From NCBI GenBank assembly GCA_029953675.1, contig JAMWBK010000013.1, forward strand, positions 248,001 through 312,000: DNA of 64,000 nucleotides, given 5' to 3'. Under the pieces are notes generated by a model. It was not told where the DNA came from and searched no databases. It saw nothing but the letters and a program-made list of their open reading frames with translations. The position numbers and the translations under genes are program-made. Shown piece by piece: positions 36,716-49,300 of the stretch. Position 1 is the stretch's first letter. The number at the start of each line of letters is the position of its first letter. The DNA comes from Rhodosorus marinus CCMP1338. Its lineage: Eukaryota > Plantae > Rhodophyta.

Positions 36716-39603
36716 TCATATCCATGGGTCACCGTTCGGGATCCCAGCTGGTGTGGGTTGGGAAGATCGCAAACTGTCTCTCACATCACAGAGCTTGGAG
36801 AGCTTGGAGGAGGTACTTTGGAGTGGAGGGCTTCTTGAAATCCAAGCATTCAGCTTAATGGCCTCGGATTACTAGTATACAAAACCTCCTGGCCTTCGAA
36901 CCTGTTTTCCGACTTCCTCTTCCCATCCTGAAATCAGCGAGGATCGCTCGTTTTACTTGGTAGCACATTAGAGCTTCTGGTTCTCTGCTTATCAGAGGTA
37001 GTCTTTTTATTACGATCCATATCAAAGTCATCTGTACAAAACTTTTGTCCCTCCATACTCTGAACCTGGAGCACTCAGGCTCACGACGACAGGGATTTTC
37101 TGTGTATAGCCTACTCTCCTCTCAACCTCTCCTAGTATGGCCTCGACTCCAGTTCCAGCACGGGCGCAGCTGTCCATAGGGATGTAATCTTTTCGAGCAA
37201 GAGCTGCTCATTCACATTTGTGCATATCTACAAAACACATTGTAATATCATCCTCGATGTCATATCGACCGGAGGGTCAACCATCAGCTGGTTGCTTCGA
37301 GGCATTTTCCTGATCCTTGGTCCCAGCGAAGCAACGACTTGGGCAATGGAACGTCTCCATCAAAGCTTGGGACCTCGTCAATAACGCTCAGAGCTCGCCA
37401 GGTGGAGTCTGCTGTGCCAGGATCGTTCAAGAACGACGACACGCTTCTCACCTCAGATATTAAGTTTTGCACGGTGAGCCTGTTCCTAAGGTCGAGCACA
37501 ATTAAAGCAGTCTGGTTAGAGTCTTACTCAAAGCTCCCCTATACTCTTCACGATCCCAGAGGAACGTACTCCCTTAGCACATCCTCAGTTAACAACGTTG
37601 TCAAGGTATCCTGGAATCGATGTGAGTTTTCCTGCGCATGCACTGTACACGCATTGTTCATGAACAGACGCGTGCGAAGAGTCGGCATGAACATTGCGAA
37701 GGTTCCTTTCGCCTGACCAGACGGTTCAACGGCCACCGCAACGTCGTACGCTTTCTGATCATCAACATCTGCCATGTGTGGTAGTCGATTCCAAACCTGG
37801 AGAAGATGTCAGCTAATTCTTGAGTAAAATTTCTTCCACGGAGTCCGACCACTCGAGTCGGAGCTGAAACTTTCGCAGAAAGGCGAACAGTACAACGTAC
37901 TTGGTGCACGTCGCCAAAGATCACAGGGGTCCCAAGTCGCAGAAGCGTAGTAGCAGTTGCGCACATTTCTCGCTCCTGTGATTGTAGCTTCTTTCTCTTG
38001 AAGACGTAGAGGGATGAGAATCCGGCCTCCACAGATGAGGCTGAAGGACTTGCTGAAACAGAGGTGATCATGAATATCGGCAAATTCGGTTCATTCATTG
38101 CTGACATGCTGCATATCCAGTTTCCAGTCATGCTGCTTTCCTCTTCACTCCCAACGCTCACGAGTACAGCTTTGGAAGATGTAGATGCTTTTCTTATCGC
38201 TTCAAGCTCCACATGCGGTCTTTCCATAAGCTTGGACTGTCCTCGCACTGAGAAATACTTGAGCTATGGGCAGGCAAAAGTAGGTTATGGTCAGTCACCG
38301 ATCTTGGGATTTCTGAACCCAAACTATAAACAGGCCGTTCGTATCTTACTGGCGAGAAGTTGAACACAGCTCTTCTGTCGACGAGCTTTACAAAGCCGAG
38401 CTCACTACTCAAGATATCCTTCCTTCTCCTGAGGGTAGGGTTTCCAACCAGTGATATCGCCTGCATGTCCTCCAAGTTCGGGTACACAACAAAATAGTTG
38501 TTTTCCTGCAAGAATTCACTGAACCAACGTGTCCAGTGGTTCTTATTGGAGCCCATTAACCCCCTGCACGCGCAGAAACAAGGCGGCCGGCCGAAGCGAA
38601 ACTTGTGAGAAGAAAAGAACACACCGGAAAGCAGGCTGACCCTGTCCAAAACGTGACGAAAAGCTATGCCAACCTTTGCGACTCAAAAGACTTCGGCACA
38701 ACAGGGCGACTCATCCATATGCTTTGATGCTGGTCCAACCACAAGCCGAACTCGCGCCACACGTGAGGGTCGGGCAAAAAGCAGGAAACCTCGGGAAGGA
38801 AATCGAAAGCAAACGCATTGGACAACGTTCCCTTCCCAGTACGCAGAGTACCAGTATCGATTTCCGTGGGGATAAGAATACTTTCAATAGTCACACCAGC
38901 TATTTGGGATTCCGCGGCAACCTTTGCGTATGTGTGTTGCTGCTCGCGGATCCATCTGAAGGAAGGAAAAGAGAGAAGAGGTAAGACTGCTGCCGAGGCG
39001 CTTGTGCTCTTCGCATGAAGATGCTCACTTGTAGTATCGAGGAGAGACGACCGTGTCTTCAGAAAGGTAAAGCGTCTCTCCTAGTGTATGGTTCTGATGG
39101 AACGCATTGGGCAACAGGCCCAGCGAATTAACACGTGACTGGTGAATCTGAAGAATGCGCTTGTCTCCATGGGTCCATAGGGAATCTCGGACAACTTTGA
39201 GAGTTTCTTCATCAAAATATGAGAATATTCCACCCGATGACAATACAACTATCGACAGGCGCACACGGTCAATGCCATAATCGGCTTCCTCCAGAGATTT
39301 GAGGCAAGCTTCCAGCAGCCGCGGCTGATTTCTCGCGACCACTTCCACTGTCATACCATCACTAAACGGCAGGAAGGTATCTTCCGTTCCTACAGATACG
39401 AAGTAGTTGAAGAAGAGGTGCACAGACATCGCTGTCCAAAACACGGCCTTGAAGATGAAGGAGTACTTGATCGAGTTCACAATCAGCTTCTTCTGCCATG
39501 ATGGCTTATCTTCATCTTTCCAAAACTTCTTCAACCTCGTGCTCACGTACGTAGGCAGAGGGAGCTTGTTCAGCAACCAGTCCACATCGTTCGGCCCGAA
39601 CAT
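36716..39603 (-). CDS. Membrane glycosyltransferase-like protein: GT2-like domain plus GT77 (nucleotide-diphospho-sugar transferase)-like domain; 3' end approximate
   Basis: TM near N-terminus; RNQPRLLEACLKSLEEADYG.D.V.LSI, WTHGDKR, YLSEDTVVSP, WREFGLW, WTRWF..FVVYPN; then MTGNWICSM..TLLRLGTPVIFGDVH. Confidence 0.62.
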
Positions 39604-40249
39604 AATACCCCCGAAATCAGACCAAATACCTCAGAAACTTGATCAAATATAACCATTTCACGTCGCAAGAACCTCAGCTTTCATTTCTGGGATGTAAAGT
39701 ATGCTTCGTCACGACTTCTTTAAACCGTAAAAGATAGATAAATCGCAATCATCTAGCCCCTCTCGCTCCGTTCCCGCCTCGTCTTGCTCTTCCAGCTCGT
39801 CTTTTACAGCACTACAGTCAAACTGCGTTTCTTGTCCGTGCTGACAGCGGACAACATTGAAAAGAAATAATATTCCACGTCTATCGGTTTAAACTATCCA
39901 CTATATATATATACGTTATAAGGTTGCTTGTTTGACATGTGGGCAATCGGGAGCACGAGGAAGGTACAAAGCCTTCAGGACGAGTAGAATACTTTGCTTG
40001 ATCATATCATATTTTTTTTCAGAGCGTTGTACCCTGAGGAAATACAAAGGGATTAACCGAAGATACACCGCCGGGCTTGCGGGAGCTGTTCAGCCCCGCG
40101 ACGAGTACATCGCGGCGCGGAATTCCTGGAATCACGGCTGACGGAGAGGAACCCCACTAGTATACACCTCAGTTGCCTCATCAAAAATGACGCTCTCCAT
40201 TTACTTGCGTAGTAGTGCCTTCTCAGCATCCGCGAGCCCCTGGCTTCCG

Positions 40250-40800
40250 AGTTTTGCAGCATCTGCGCGGTAAGTTGTGCTGGAACTCCTTGATGTTTAC
40301 TCGGCGGTGAGGCCCCCTATGTCAGTTGAACCAGCACCAGGCACCATTGCAGCAACGACCGTTTTCTCGCGGTGGCATCTTGACTTCATCGGAAGAACTC
40401 CTTGCGGACAGATGTTTACTCGGCGGTGAAATATTGCCCCCAATTTCAGTTGAACCAGCACCAAGCACTACTACGGCGACGACCGTTTTCTCGCGGTGGC
40501 ATCTTGACTTCATCGGAAGAACTCCTTGCGGACAGACGTTTACTCGGCGGCGAAGTTTTGCCCCCATTTCAGTTGAAGCAGAGCCAGGATCCACTGGTTT
40601 CTGCTGCCGTGTGCCCTCGGTAACCTTCCGATGAAGTCAAGATGCCACCGCCGTAAAACGCCATCAGTTGGAAGGGGATGCAGGGGGGCTCGCCGCTGCG
40701 ATGGTGCCTGGTTCTGGTTCAACTGACATAGGGGATAATAGTTCCCCGCCGAGTAAAACATCTGTCCGCTAACTCGTTGCGGCCTTCTGGGGCGACCCAA
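40250..40800. mobile_element. Gypsy-type LTR retrotransposon integrase fragments, direct and inverted copies
   Basis: CQLNQ..RWHLDFIGR motif on + at 40371-40395 and 40495-40519; minus copy APLHPLP..RRWHLDFIGRLP..RNQWIL at ~40590-40730. Confidence 0.78.
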
Positions 40801-41324
40801 ACTTTTTCCAGTAAGTCGGTCGATTTCCTATCGCTTATCGTATTAATAATACGACACAAATCCTTGTTCCAATTTTCATAAAGCAGAAAACAACCATAAG
40901 GGGGGGTAATTTTTGATCTGCCCAAACTACCCATAATATTCACAAAAATTACTTTCGTATAAGAAACAAATATATACAGGAGGGGTAAAAAAGCATGGCT
41001 ATGGATCAGGTATTTTTAAGACTTTTGATAACTGAAATTGACTACGTCCAGAAGGTTGCGTGAGAAGGCTACTGATTGAAGAAACCCATATGTACGATAC
41101 CTCCTGGACCCGAGAGGCTTTTGGGGATGCCAGGAGCATTGAGGAGAAGCATACCACGATCAAAACTTTCGCGAGCACGAATTTCATCTAGAAGAAACTC
41201 CCTTCCGAGCTCGCACTCGATATCACCATCGAAACAACTCGCAAATGCGACTTGTTTTATTGAGGAGCCATCATCGCTTCCTCCCGGTTACCGAAATGAT
41301 TGATCCTATGGCCTCGGACAGGGT

Positions 41325-41870
41325 GAGATGACGTACGTCACTTCGTGATGTGAAACCCAATCGCAGATTTTGTAGCCTCAGATGAGGAGCAAGTGTCATT
41401 GCCTCGTGAACGAAATGATGGATTTCGTGACCTCAGACGGGAGCAAATGTTGTACGTCAATTCGTGATGTGAGACTCTGTCCTCCTGGTGAACGAAATGA
41501 TGGATCTTGTGGTCCCAGACAGGTGGTAGCTGTCTAACGTCAATTGTCCCTCAACCGAAAAATGATGTATTTTGTGGCCTTAGCGAGGTGGGCGTTTTTA
41601 CGTCAATTCTGGATGTGAGACTCTTAGAATGAAATGATGGATTTTGTCGCCTCGGAGAGGGGGGTGTTGTGCGTCAATTCTTGATGTGGGACTCTTTTAG
41701 AATGAAATGATGCTATTGACTTTGTGTTGCCTCAGAGGAGCCGTTGTACGTCAATTCGTGCCGGGGGGACTCTTAGAATGAAATGATTGATTTCGTGGCC
41801 ATAGAGAGGGGCAGGTGTTATAAATCAATTCATGATGTGGGACTCTTAGAATGAAATGATGTGGGACTTT
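41325..41870. repeat. Degenerate tandem array, ~73-bp unit, about 7 copies
   Basis: gaaatgat anchor at 41412, 41494, ~41557, 41631, 41704, 41780, 41853, with recurring acgtcaattc and gggactcttagaat. Confidence 0.87.
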
Positions 41871-42198
41871 TTTTCGGTGGAGCATATAATTAAACGTGCG
41901 ATGGAACTCTTTTTGGTTTGGGGTAGGGTCGGGGAAGGGGAGGGAGGATGGGGTGTATATGGGAGCGCGCCCGTATGGTGTGTGTATTTGTGTGGAGATC
42001 AGGATAGGCAGGTTGTTGTTTTTAATTTTTTTTTTGTGCGAAGAAGAGGGAAGTGAAGGGTTCGACGAGAAGCGGTTTTGGATGCTTTTGAGTTTAGTTG
42101 TGCGTTGGATTTTTGTTTAGTTTTTTTTTTTTGCTTTGTTGTGTTTCTGTTCTTATCTGAGGGCTTTCGTTTTTTGATGATGCGAATTTAGAGAAAGG

Positions 42199-44390
42199 AT
42201 GGTGAAGAGGGTAGATGTTTCCAAGGTGCAGTTGGACGTGTTCCGACCTTGGGTTCAAGAGAGGATTGAGAAGATCCTCGGTTTCGAGGATGAGGTAGTG
42301 AATAACTTTGTCATGTCCCTGTTGGAACAGAATGAGGAGACAGAGAAGAAAGAATTGAATTCGAATCTGAAGGGGTTCCTGGAGGCAGGAACCGCAGATT
42401 TTGTAGATGAGTTATGGGAATTGCTCAGCGAGGCAGAGGACAATGCTCGGGAGCTAGTGAACGATGAAGGTAGGAAGCTCCGTTCAAGTGTATGATGATT
42501 TTGGATTGTCCAAAGCGTGGAGCTTAAATTTTTGTGCGTCTTGCCTTTTATAGGTAAGAAAAGCATCGTTCCAGGTGTCCCAAGGGCAATCCTTGAGGCC
42601 AAAAAAGCTGAGCTTATGAGACAACACCAGGTTAACCATGAGTCTGACCCAACACCAAAAGAAAACGGAGCCAGACATGTACATTCTACAACAACCAACA
42701 AGCCTGGAAAAGCTGATAAACCGGAAGCAGAAAAAGGTATGTTGAAAGTGGAAACACTTGCCATGAACGCCTCTGCGCCTCTGGCGCGCTTTACCCTAAT
42801 AGAGCAAGCGACTTGTTCTAACCAAATCCTCTCTAGCGTACTTAGAAATTCGATCGAATGGCGAACCTGACAACGGCAGCGCCCATCGCTCGGGATCAGC
42901 TGTACATAGCTCTGCTGAAAGTCGCGATGGCCGTAAGAAATCCCCGAGAAGCTCTCGAAGCCGCTCTCGAAGCCGCTCTCGAAGCCATCCCCGAAGCCGC
43001 TCTCGAAGCCCTTCCCGTAGCCGCTCTCGAAGCCCTTCCCGTAGCCGACCTGGAAGCAACGCCCGGAACAGATCGAGCAAATCGCCTGGAGGTTCCCGAA
43101 GGCGGAGTCTGAGCAGCAGCAGAAGCTCCTCGTATTCTCGTCGTGTCAGTAGAGGTCGTGAATATCGTGGTCGCTATAGAGGACAAAGCTATCGAGGCGG
43201 TAGACGACGGAGCTTGAGCAGAGACAGAAGATCACCATATCGAACGCGAGATAGAAATCTGGGCTTTCGCAGGCGGGATAGTTGGAGCAGAAGCCCCTCA
43301 TACTCTCGCCGCGGGAGAAGAAATTCTTACAGAAGCCCCATACACTCTCGATTCAGGAGAAGGGATTCTGGCTACGGCAGACGGGATAGCAGGAGCAGGA
43401 GCTCCTCCTATTCCCGCCCACGTGGAAGTGACGTCGGCAATCGTCGGCAGGATGTTAGAGGACGAAAGCGGTACAGGAGCGCAAGCACTAGCCCCTATCG
43501 AAAAAGCGCCCAGTCTCCCAACCAACGTCGTCGAAGCTCAAGAAGGGAAGCACGTGGCCACGTCGCTCACACGCGATCGCAGCGGAGTCGCTCCCCAGTG
43601 GTCAAGGCGCGTAATGATCGTACACAATCACCCTTGCGCGGGAGACCCGAGCAGTGAGTCGCCCAGGTCAACATGAATAGTCCGATCTTTTCTTGTGTTC
43701 TTGTGTATACAAATAGGGGTTCTAAGTGACGCAGATGGAAATTGGTCTAACAAAGTGTTTTCCTTTCCATCTGCAGGAAGCCAGGAACTGAATTGGAATC
43801 CTCAAGAGGGCCTTCGGACAAGGCTGAAAACGGAGATGCATCTGCGGAACGTACAAGCCATCGAAAAGGAGGTGTTGGTGACACTCAAGCCGCTGAAACA
43901 CCTCAACAGGTGAGCTAGCTTTGACTGTAAATTTCGAGGTATTTGCTTTTTTGGGGGACTGTGGGAACGTAGAAGCTGGTGATGGCTGAATTGTTTCCTG
44001 TTTGCGCTGGCCTATTCACGAATATAGAGTGGAAGAAGAGATGTGGGCGATCTTAGAGAGGTAATCCAAAACAAGCGCAGGCGAAGCGATAGGAGTGAGA
44101 CGACCCGCAAACCGGCGGCAGAGGGGCGTGACTACAATGGGAATGGTAGGCAGCGTGTCGACAACGCGAGTAGGCCTTCCCCAAGGACGGGACAGATAGG
44201 GAACTTGGACGACCCATCGCTCCACAGCGGTTTGCTCGGAAAGAGGGCTCAAGTCGCGAACACGAGGGAGCAGCTCTTGGACCAGCTTGAAAAAGTCCAG
44301 AAGGCGAAGGAATTGCGATCAAAGGCTTTGGGAACGATGGGGACGAAGAGCTCGACGGAGGATGATATTGCAGGCAAAAGCCCTGCCTAG
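42199..44390 (+). CDS. SRRM1: PWI-domain SR-related splicing protein (SRm160-like); true start probably slightly upstream
   Basis: VDVSKVQLDVFRPWVQERIEKILGFEDEVV..GFL..FVDELWELL; long RS-repeat region 42930-43650. Confidence 0.87.
42940..43060 (+). repeat. Coding minisatellite (cgaagccgctct-type) encoding RS dipeptides
   Basis: 6/12/18-bp periodic repeats translating to SRSRSRSPSR in the PWI gene frame. Confidence 0.85.
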
Positions 44391-44578
44391 AGAGCTAGAA
44401 CTGGGAGCCCCTTTGATTTTGAGACTACGCACAAGAGCAACTGGGCACAGCCTTCGTGCTCTTCAAGGAAGTGGACATGTGTGTTTTCACGCACATGTCC
44501 AAAAACTAGAGTAAAAAAAGGAACAGCCTATCCGTTTACAAATTTGACAGTTTTACACCGTGTTGAGCTCCCAGAAAG

Positions 44579-45584
44579 CTACTGACTATGGTAGGCGGTA
44601 TCCAGCATCCCCACCATGACGTGCTTTTCTACGCTCACGTTCGCAGCAGTCAGGAACGAAGCAGCGACCATGTCCATCTCCGCGTCGTCCCGATACGCCA
44701 CTCGCACAATCCCTGCCTGACGGATCTTCTTCGAGCACGAAAGGCACGGAAAGTGCTTCACGTAGATCGTCGCCCCCAAACACCGCCCCCGACCAGCCTC
44801 TAGTATGGCACTCTCTTCAGCGCACAGACAGATGCACTGGTCCAACGGATCAGCAGAGGATGGCTCTGCCCCGCACTTGGTACAACCGCCTTCGATGCAG
44901 TTCAAAAATCTGCCCGAAGACAAGCACAGGATCCTCCAAAATCAATAATGATTGACTACATTGACTGATTAAAGTAATAAATACAGACAGGCTGTCCTAT
45001 ACAAGATCAGCTCACCTGCTCGGGGTGCCGGAGTAGCCCGTAGAAACGATGCGAGTATCCCTAACTATCACAGTCGCTGATTTTTTCCGCATACAGTTAG
45101 TTCGTTTTGATAGAAGCTCTGCGATCGCGAGGAAGTAGGAATCCCAGCTTGGACGAAGGTGCCCCACGTCGCCGATCTGCAGGGACTTGGTTTGTGCCCT
45201 GAGCTGCTCGAGGGTGCCGGAGTTGAGGATCTGAACGCTGGTGGAGGTCATGAACTCCGCGAGACCTCGATCACCGTACAATTCTGCGTCGCTCTCTTGC
45301 TGAAAGAGTTCTAGATCATCTCTCTCGCTCCTCCTAAACCGGTCCAGCAATGGCGAGTCAACCGCCACGACCAGGCAGTATGGTCTCTTTGACAGCCGGG
45401 TTGCATCCTCCTTGCTTATCTTCCTAATGACTAGTCGGGTTCCCTTATGCCATCCTCTCTCTATCCCCTGGGCTTTCTCCAAGTCTTCAAACGACTCAAA
45501 AGACTCAAACCATTCTTGCTGAGCCAAGTATCTAGCTACCTCACCCTTCCCCGCCCATCTAGGGCCAATCAATCCGACAATCAT
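44579..45584 (-). CDS. DCTD: dCMP deaminase paralogue, copy 2, with P-loop N-terminal domain (2 exons)
   Basis: [43 protein letters not shown], intron, NCIEGGC..CICLCAEESAILEAG..FPCLSC. Confidence 0.9.
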
Positions 45585-46303
45585 TCCGTCGAAAGTTATC
45601 CAGAGCTGGCAGTACGCTGAGTATCATGAGATGAAACTATTCAGCCTACTCAGGTAAGAAGCATCATCCCCTTCACGAACAGGTTCTCTCCACCCGTTTG
45701 TTATTCAGTTACACAGCTCCACCAGAAATCCCCATCGAGCTCTTGGTCAAGACGAACTCTACAAAATTGGTAGACCTGAGATCTTAAAAGGCGCCCTCGT
45801 TGCTCACCAAGATCAGAAACGGGTTTGTCTTGTGCCTGTTAAGACTACCCAATACAGAGCGGTTCCGCCATATCAGGATCATCTCCACATTCATATGATC
45901 CGAGTCTAGGAGGTGGTGAGGGTGCGTCCGAAAAGGATGGGTGCAATGATGTGCGCTGACCTTAATATGATGGCTACTGTATGCTGTTACTTTTCAAGCA
46001 TGCTCTTGATCTACCGGATGGGGTCGGGACACCGCAGTTGAACTTGAGCCTTGCTATTAGTTAGACGACCTTGATGAAAATTTTCTTTGATTGTTTCTTT
46101 CACTGAAAAAAACACCTACACAAGACATTAGTTTCTGTAGCATTTCTTCTCTACATACACGAGCGTACTACTCTCGACAATTAGCAAAGTCGGGGTAACC
46201 GAGCTCCAGTCTTCCCATACAGGGTTGTTGGGGTTTCAGGAGCAACGAAAGTCAGCTACGTGGTTGCTCTCCCTGCTTTCAACAACTCTGCGATTGGGGC
46301 TTT

Positions 46304-49300
46304 TCACGCCTCGGTGGACTGAGTCGGCTGCGTGGAAGCCTCCTTTCCAACGTCATCTGATCTATCCTTCGGCACGTAGACTGCTTTGAGTCCTCCACTA
46401 GCCCTCCCACCTGGGGTACGCTTCTTACCGTTTGGTCTGAACCCCTTCTTATGACCCGGCACCGGCTTTGCCCCTTCTATTTCCTTTCCGTTCGTCTGCA
46501 CAGTTGGGGTTGACGGATCGTTCTTATCACTTTGAGAGTCCTTCTTTTTCACCTCCCACGACAAGTTTTTCGACTTGTGACGAGAGATGCTTGTGTCATC
46601 CGATTCAGGGGCAAGGGCGTTCTTCCCACTCTTCTCAGCTCTCGAGTCCGCCTTGGGTGAGCTAAGCGCTTCTGAAGTCCCGGGACTTCCTACCTTGGTA
46701 GAGGGTACTTTCTCAACCCATACTTGATCACCAGTCACCCCCTTCGCCTCACCCTTTACCACTTTTCCAGATGATCTCGACGATGGTTTTCGGGGTTTGG
46801 CCACTTCGTGTTGGGCGTTCTGAACACTTTCCGTGCCTCTCTCAATCCCAACTGCATTGTCCGGGCTTCCTTCCGGGTTGCCTGATTTCGATTGTTTCCT
46901 GTCTGAGTAAGGCTTTCGGCGAGAACTGGGCTTCTTGCGGTTGAGGTCCCGCTTCGGCGAGCTGCGTGAGACTCCCTCCTGAGGCTCTTTATCCGCGCCA
47001 ACCTTCGCCGGCTCAGCATCAGACCCCCACAATGGGTTCCAAGAGTCTTCAACGGACGGCTTCCAATCGGCTACTTGAGCGTTCTTCGAATCGGATGAGT
47101 GCCCCTCAGGTGAAGACCGAGGTGCAGATGTTGTCGCCGATTCGGATTTCTTCACGTTCTTCCGCAACTTTTGCGCTTTCCCCACTTTCGGGGATCGCGC
47201 CGTGTCTTTGGTAACCTGCTCTCCTCCGCGTGCAGCGGGCAAGTCCTGTCCTTTTCGATCGTCCGAAGATTCCGGAAGTACTGGAGTAGATTCTCCGCTG
47301 CCCGACTCGCTGACTTTCTTTCCCTTGAGGCTCATCCTAGCTCGGCCTCTCGTCGCCAGGGTAGATGCTGGTTTTTCAGCTTTCCGGTCCTTCGGGTGGT
47401 GCTTCCTGGCGGGCGCGTCAAGCTTAGACGGAGCATCGACCTGGTTGGAATCTCCAGCCTCGGCCTCCAGGGGCTTTGGTGGACCCGCCTCGGATACGGT
47501 TGGATCGCCCCCCGCAGCGGCGTTAACCTTGCCCCGCTTATTCTGGTTCCGAACCTTCTTCAAATTTGGTTTTTTCCCACCACGCGGTAACGTTTCGCGC
47601 TCCTTAGACGGGCGAGCGCTAGCCTTCTGCTGTGCTGCCTTTGTTGCGCCTGCTGAGTCCTTCGACCCGACACCGGGTACTCTATCAGAACTTGCTTTCG
47701 ACTCTTCCGCTCCGTGTGAGGATGCAGGTCTCGAATCCATATGCACCGGTTTCGGTTGCTCAGCCTCAAAATTTGGGCTTTCCACAGGCTTTATCTGCCA
47801 AGCAGTTTTCGGTGCGGAGGTGACTATGGATTGAAAGAATTCGACAAAGATGGTCAGCAAAAAGTTAATCCTGATCATTTGATAACGGCGTTACGATTGA
47901 CTCACCTCTAGCCGACTGGTTGTCATCCTCGCGGTTCGAATACGCTTCCGTAGTACCCGCGGGCTGGTCTTCATCATGTTTCCGCGTAGTTCGCTCCGAA
48001 ATTGGAGATTCACTCGCCTCTGGCCGAATTCCTTGAACAGAGTCCACATAGCTCCGGGGTCTCTGCCCATTTCGTGCAACAGAGTGGTATGATGCCCCGG
48101 GCTTCGAAGCGGCTGCTGCCTCCACGTTCGTTGAATGCGGCGGTGCCGTAGTACCAGGCTGTTTCATTTGCCAGACTTTCTCTTCCGTAGCCGTAGGCAC
48201 CTTCTCACCTCCTTCAACTTGGCGAGGCTCAACAGGTTTAGCAACTCTACCGGAGCTGGTATCTCCAATCCTGGAATCCCTGGGCTTTCGTCCTCTATCC
48301 TGATATCTCTCTACCGGACTTCGCTGATGACGGTCTTTTCTTCCGACCTGCTGTGACTGCGAATGGTCGAACTTCTTTCTCTCAGGTCGGCGAGCTTTCA
48401 CCTCTTTCCAACCATCGCTCCCTGCGTCGTCATCAACTCCTTCATGTGCATCGGCAGTTTCACCCGCGCTTTTTGATTTCTCAACGACCCCATAGCGATC
48501 TGCTTTGCAGCTCCGCCGCTCATCGTAATTCGACTTGGAGGTGACGGGTGCCTTCTTCACCTTCTGCCACCCGCCAGAATCCTCGTTCACCTTTGGGCCG
48601 CGTCCAGCCTCAACTCTCGAGTCCTCCATTTCCCTATTCTGAGGGTGGTCTCCACGCGGAGTAACAACCTTTATAAGCTTGATTCGTTTCGAAAGCTTGG
48701 CTCGTTGGACCTTCTTCCTCCCCGTCACCGAGGATCCTGCGCTGTCCTCAGAGTTCAGCACCATGTGGACAACACCCTCGGTCTGTTCCTCCTTGTGAGC
48801 CGATCGATCTCTGTTCTTTTGGACTCCGCTTTTATGCGCACCTTCATGGACTCCAGCACGTCCCCGTTTCACGGTTGGACTCTGAGGGGGGTCCATCGCA
48901 GGTACTACTTCGACGTTCCTCTCACTCTTTCTATGAGATTTTGGAGAACTCGCAGCATTAACGGCACCACCCTTCGGGCGATCGCTTCTCCGCGAGCTCT
49001 GCAGTTTCGGGCTATCGCTGGATGGTTTGGTCTCCGTGCTGGAGGGTGCGGAACCCTCACCATGATCCGTTGCAGGCGAAGACGAGCTCTGATGCCAGAC
49101 CGCTTCGTGTTCGTCCACATCAACCTTTTCTGGCGCTTCTTCCGGACTGCCCACCAGGTGCTTCTGACTAGCCTCATCCGGCGTAGCCGCTAAACCCGTT
49201 GATTCTGTACCCTTCGGCGGTCGCGTTAATATCGACTTCACCATTGCAGAGCTATCCAATTGGGATGTTGGCACACTAGAGCTGTCGAATTCTGACCGGT

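Noticed and set aside
41000-41300. 70-codon open stretch on minus (DDGSSIKQVAF..)
   Set aside because: No start codon or homology recognised.
42796-43112. LRERLREG and ALEAALEA repeat ORFs
   Set aside because: Alternative frames of the RS-encoding minisatellite.
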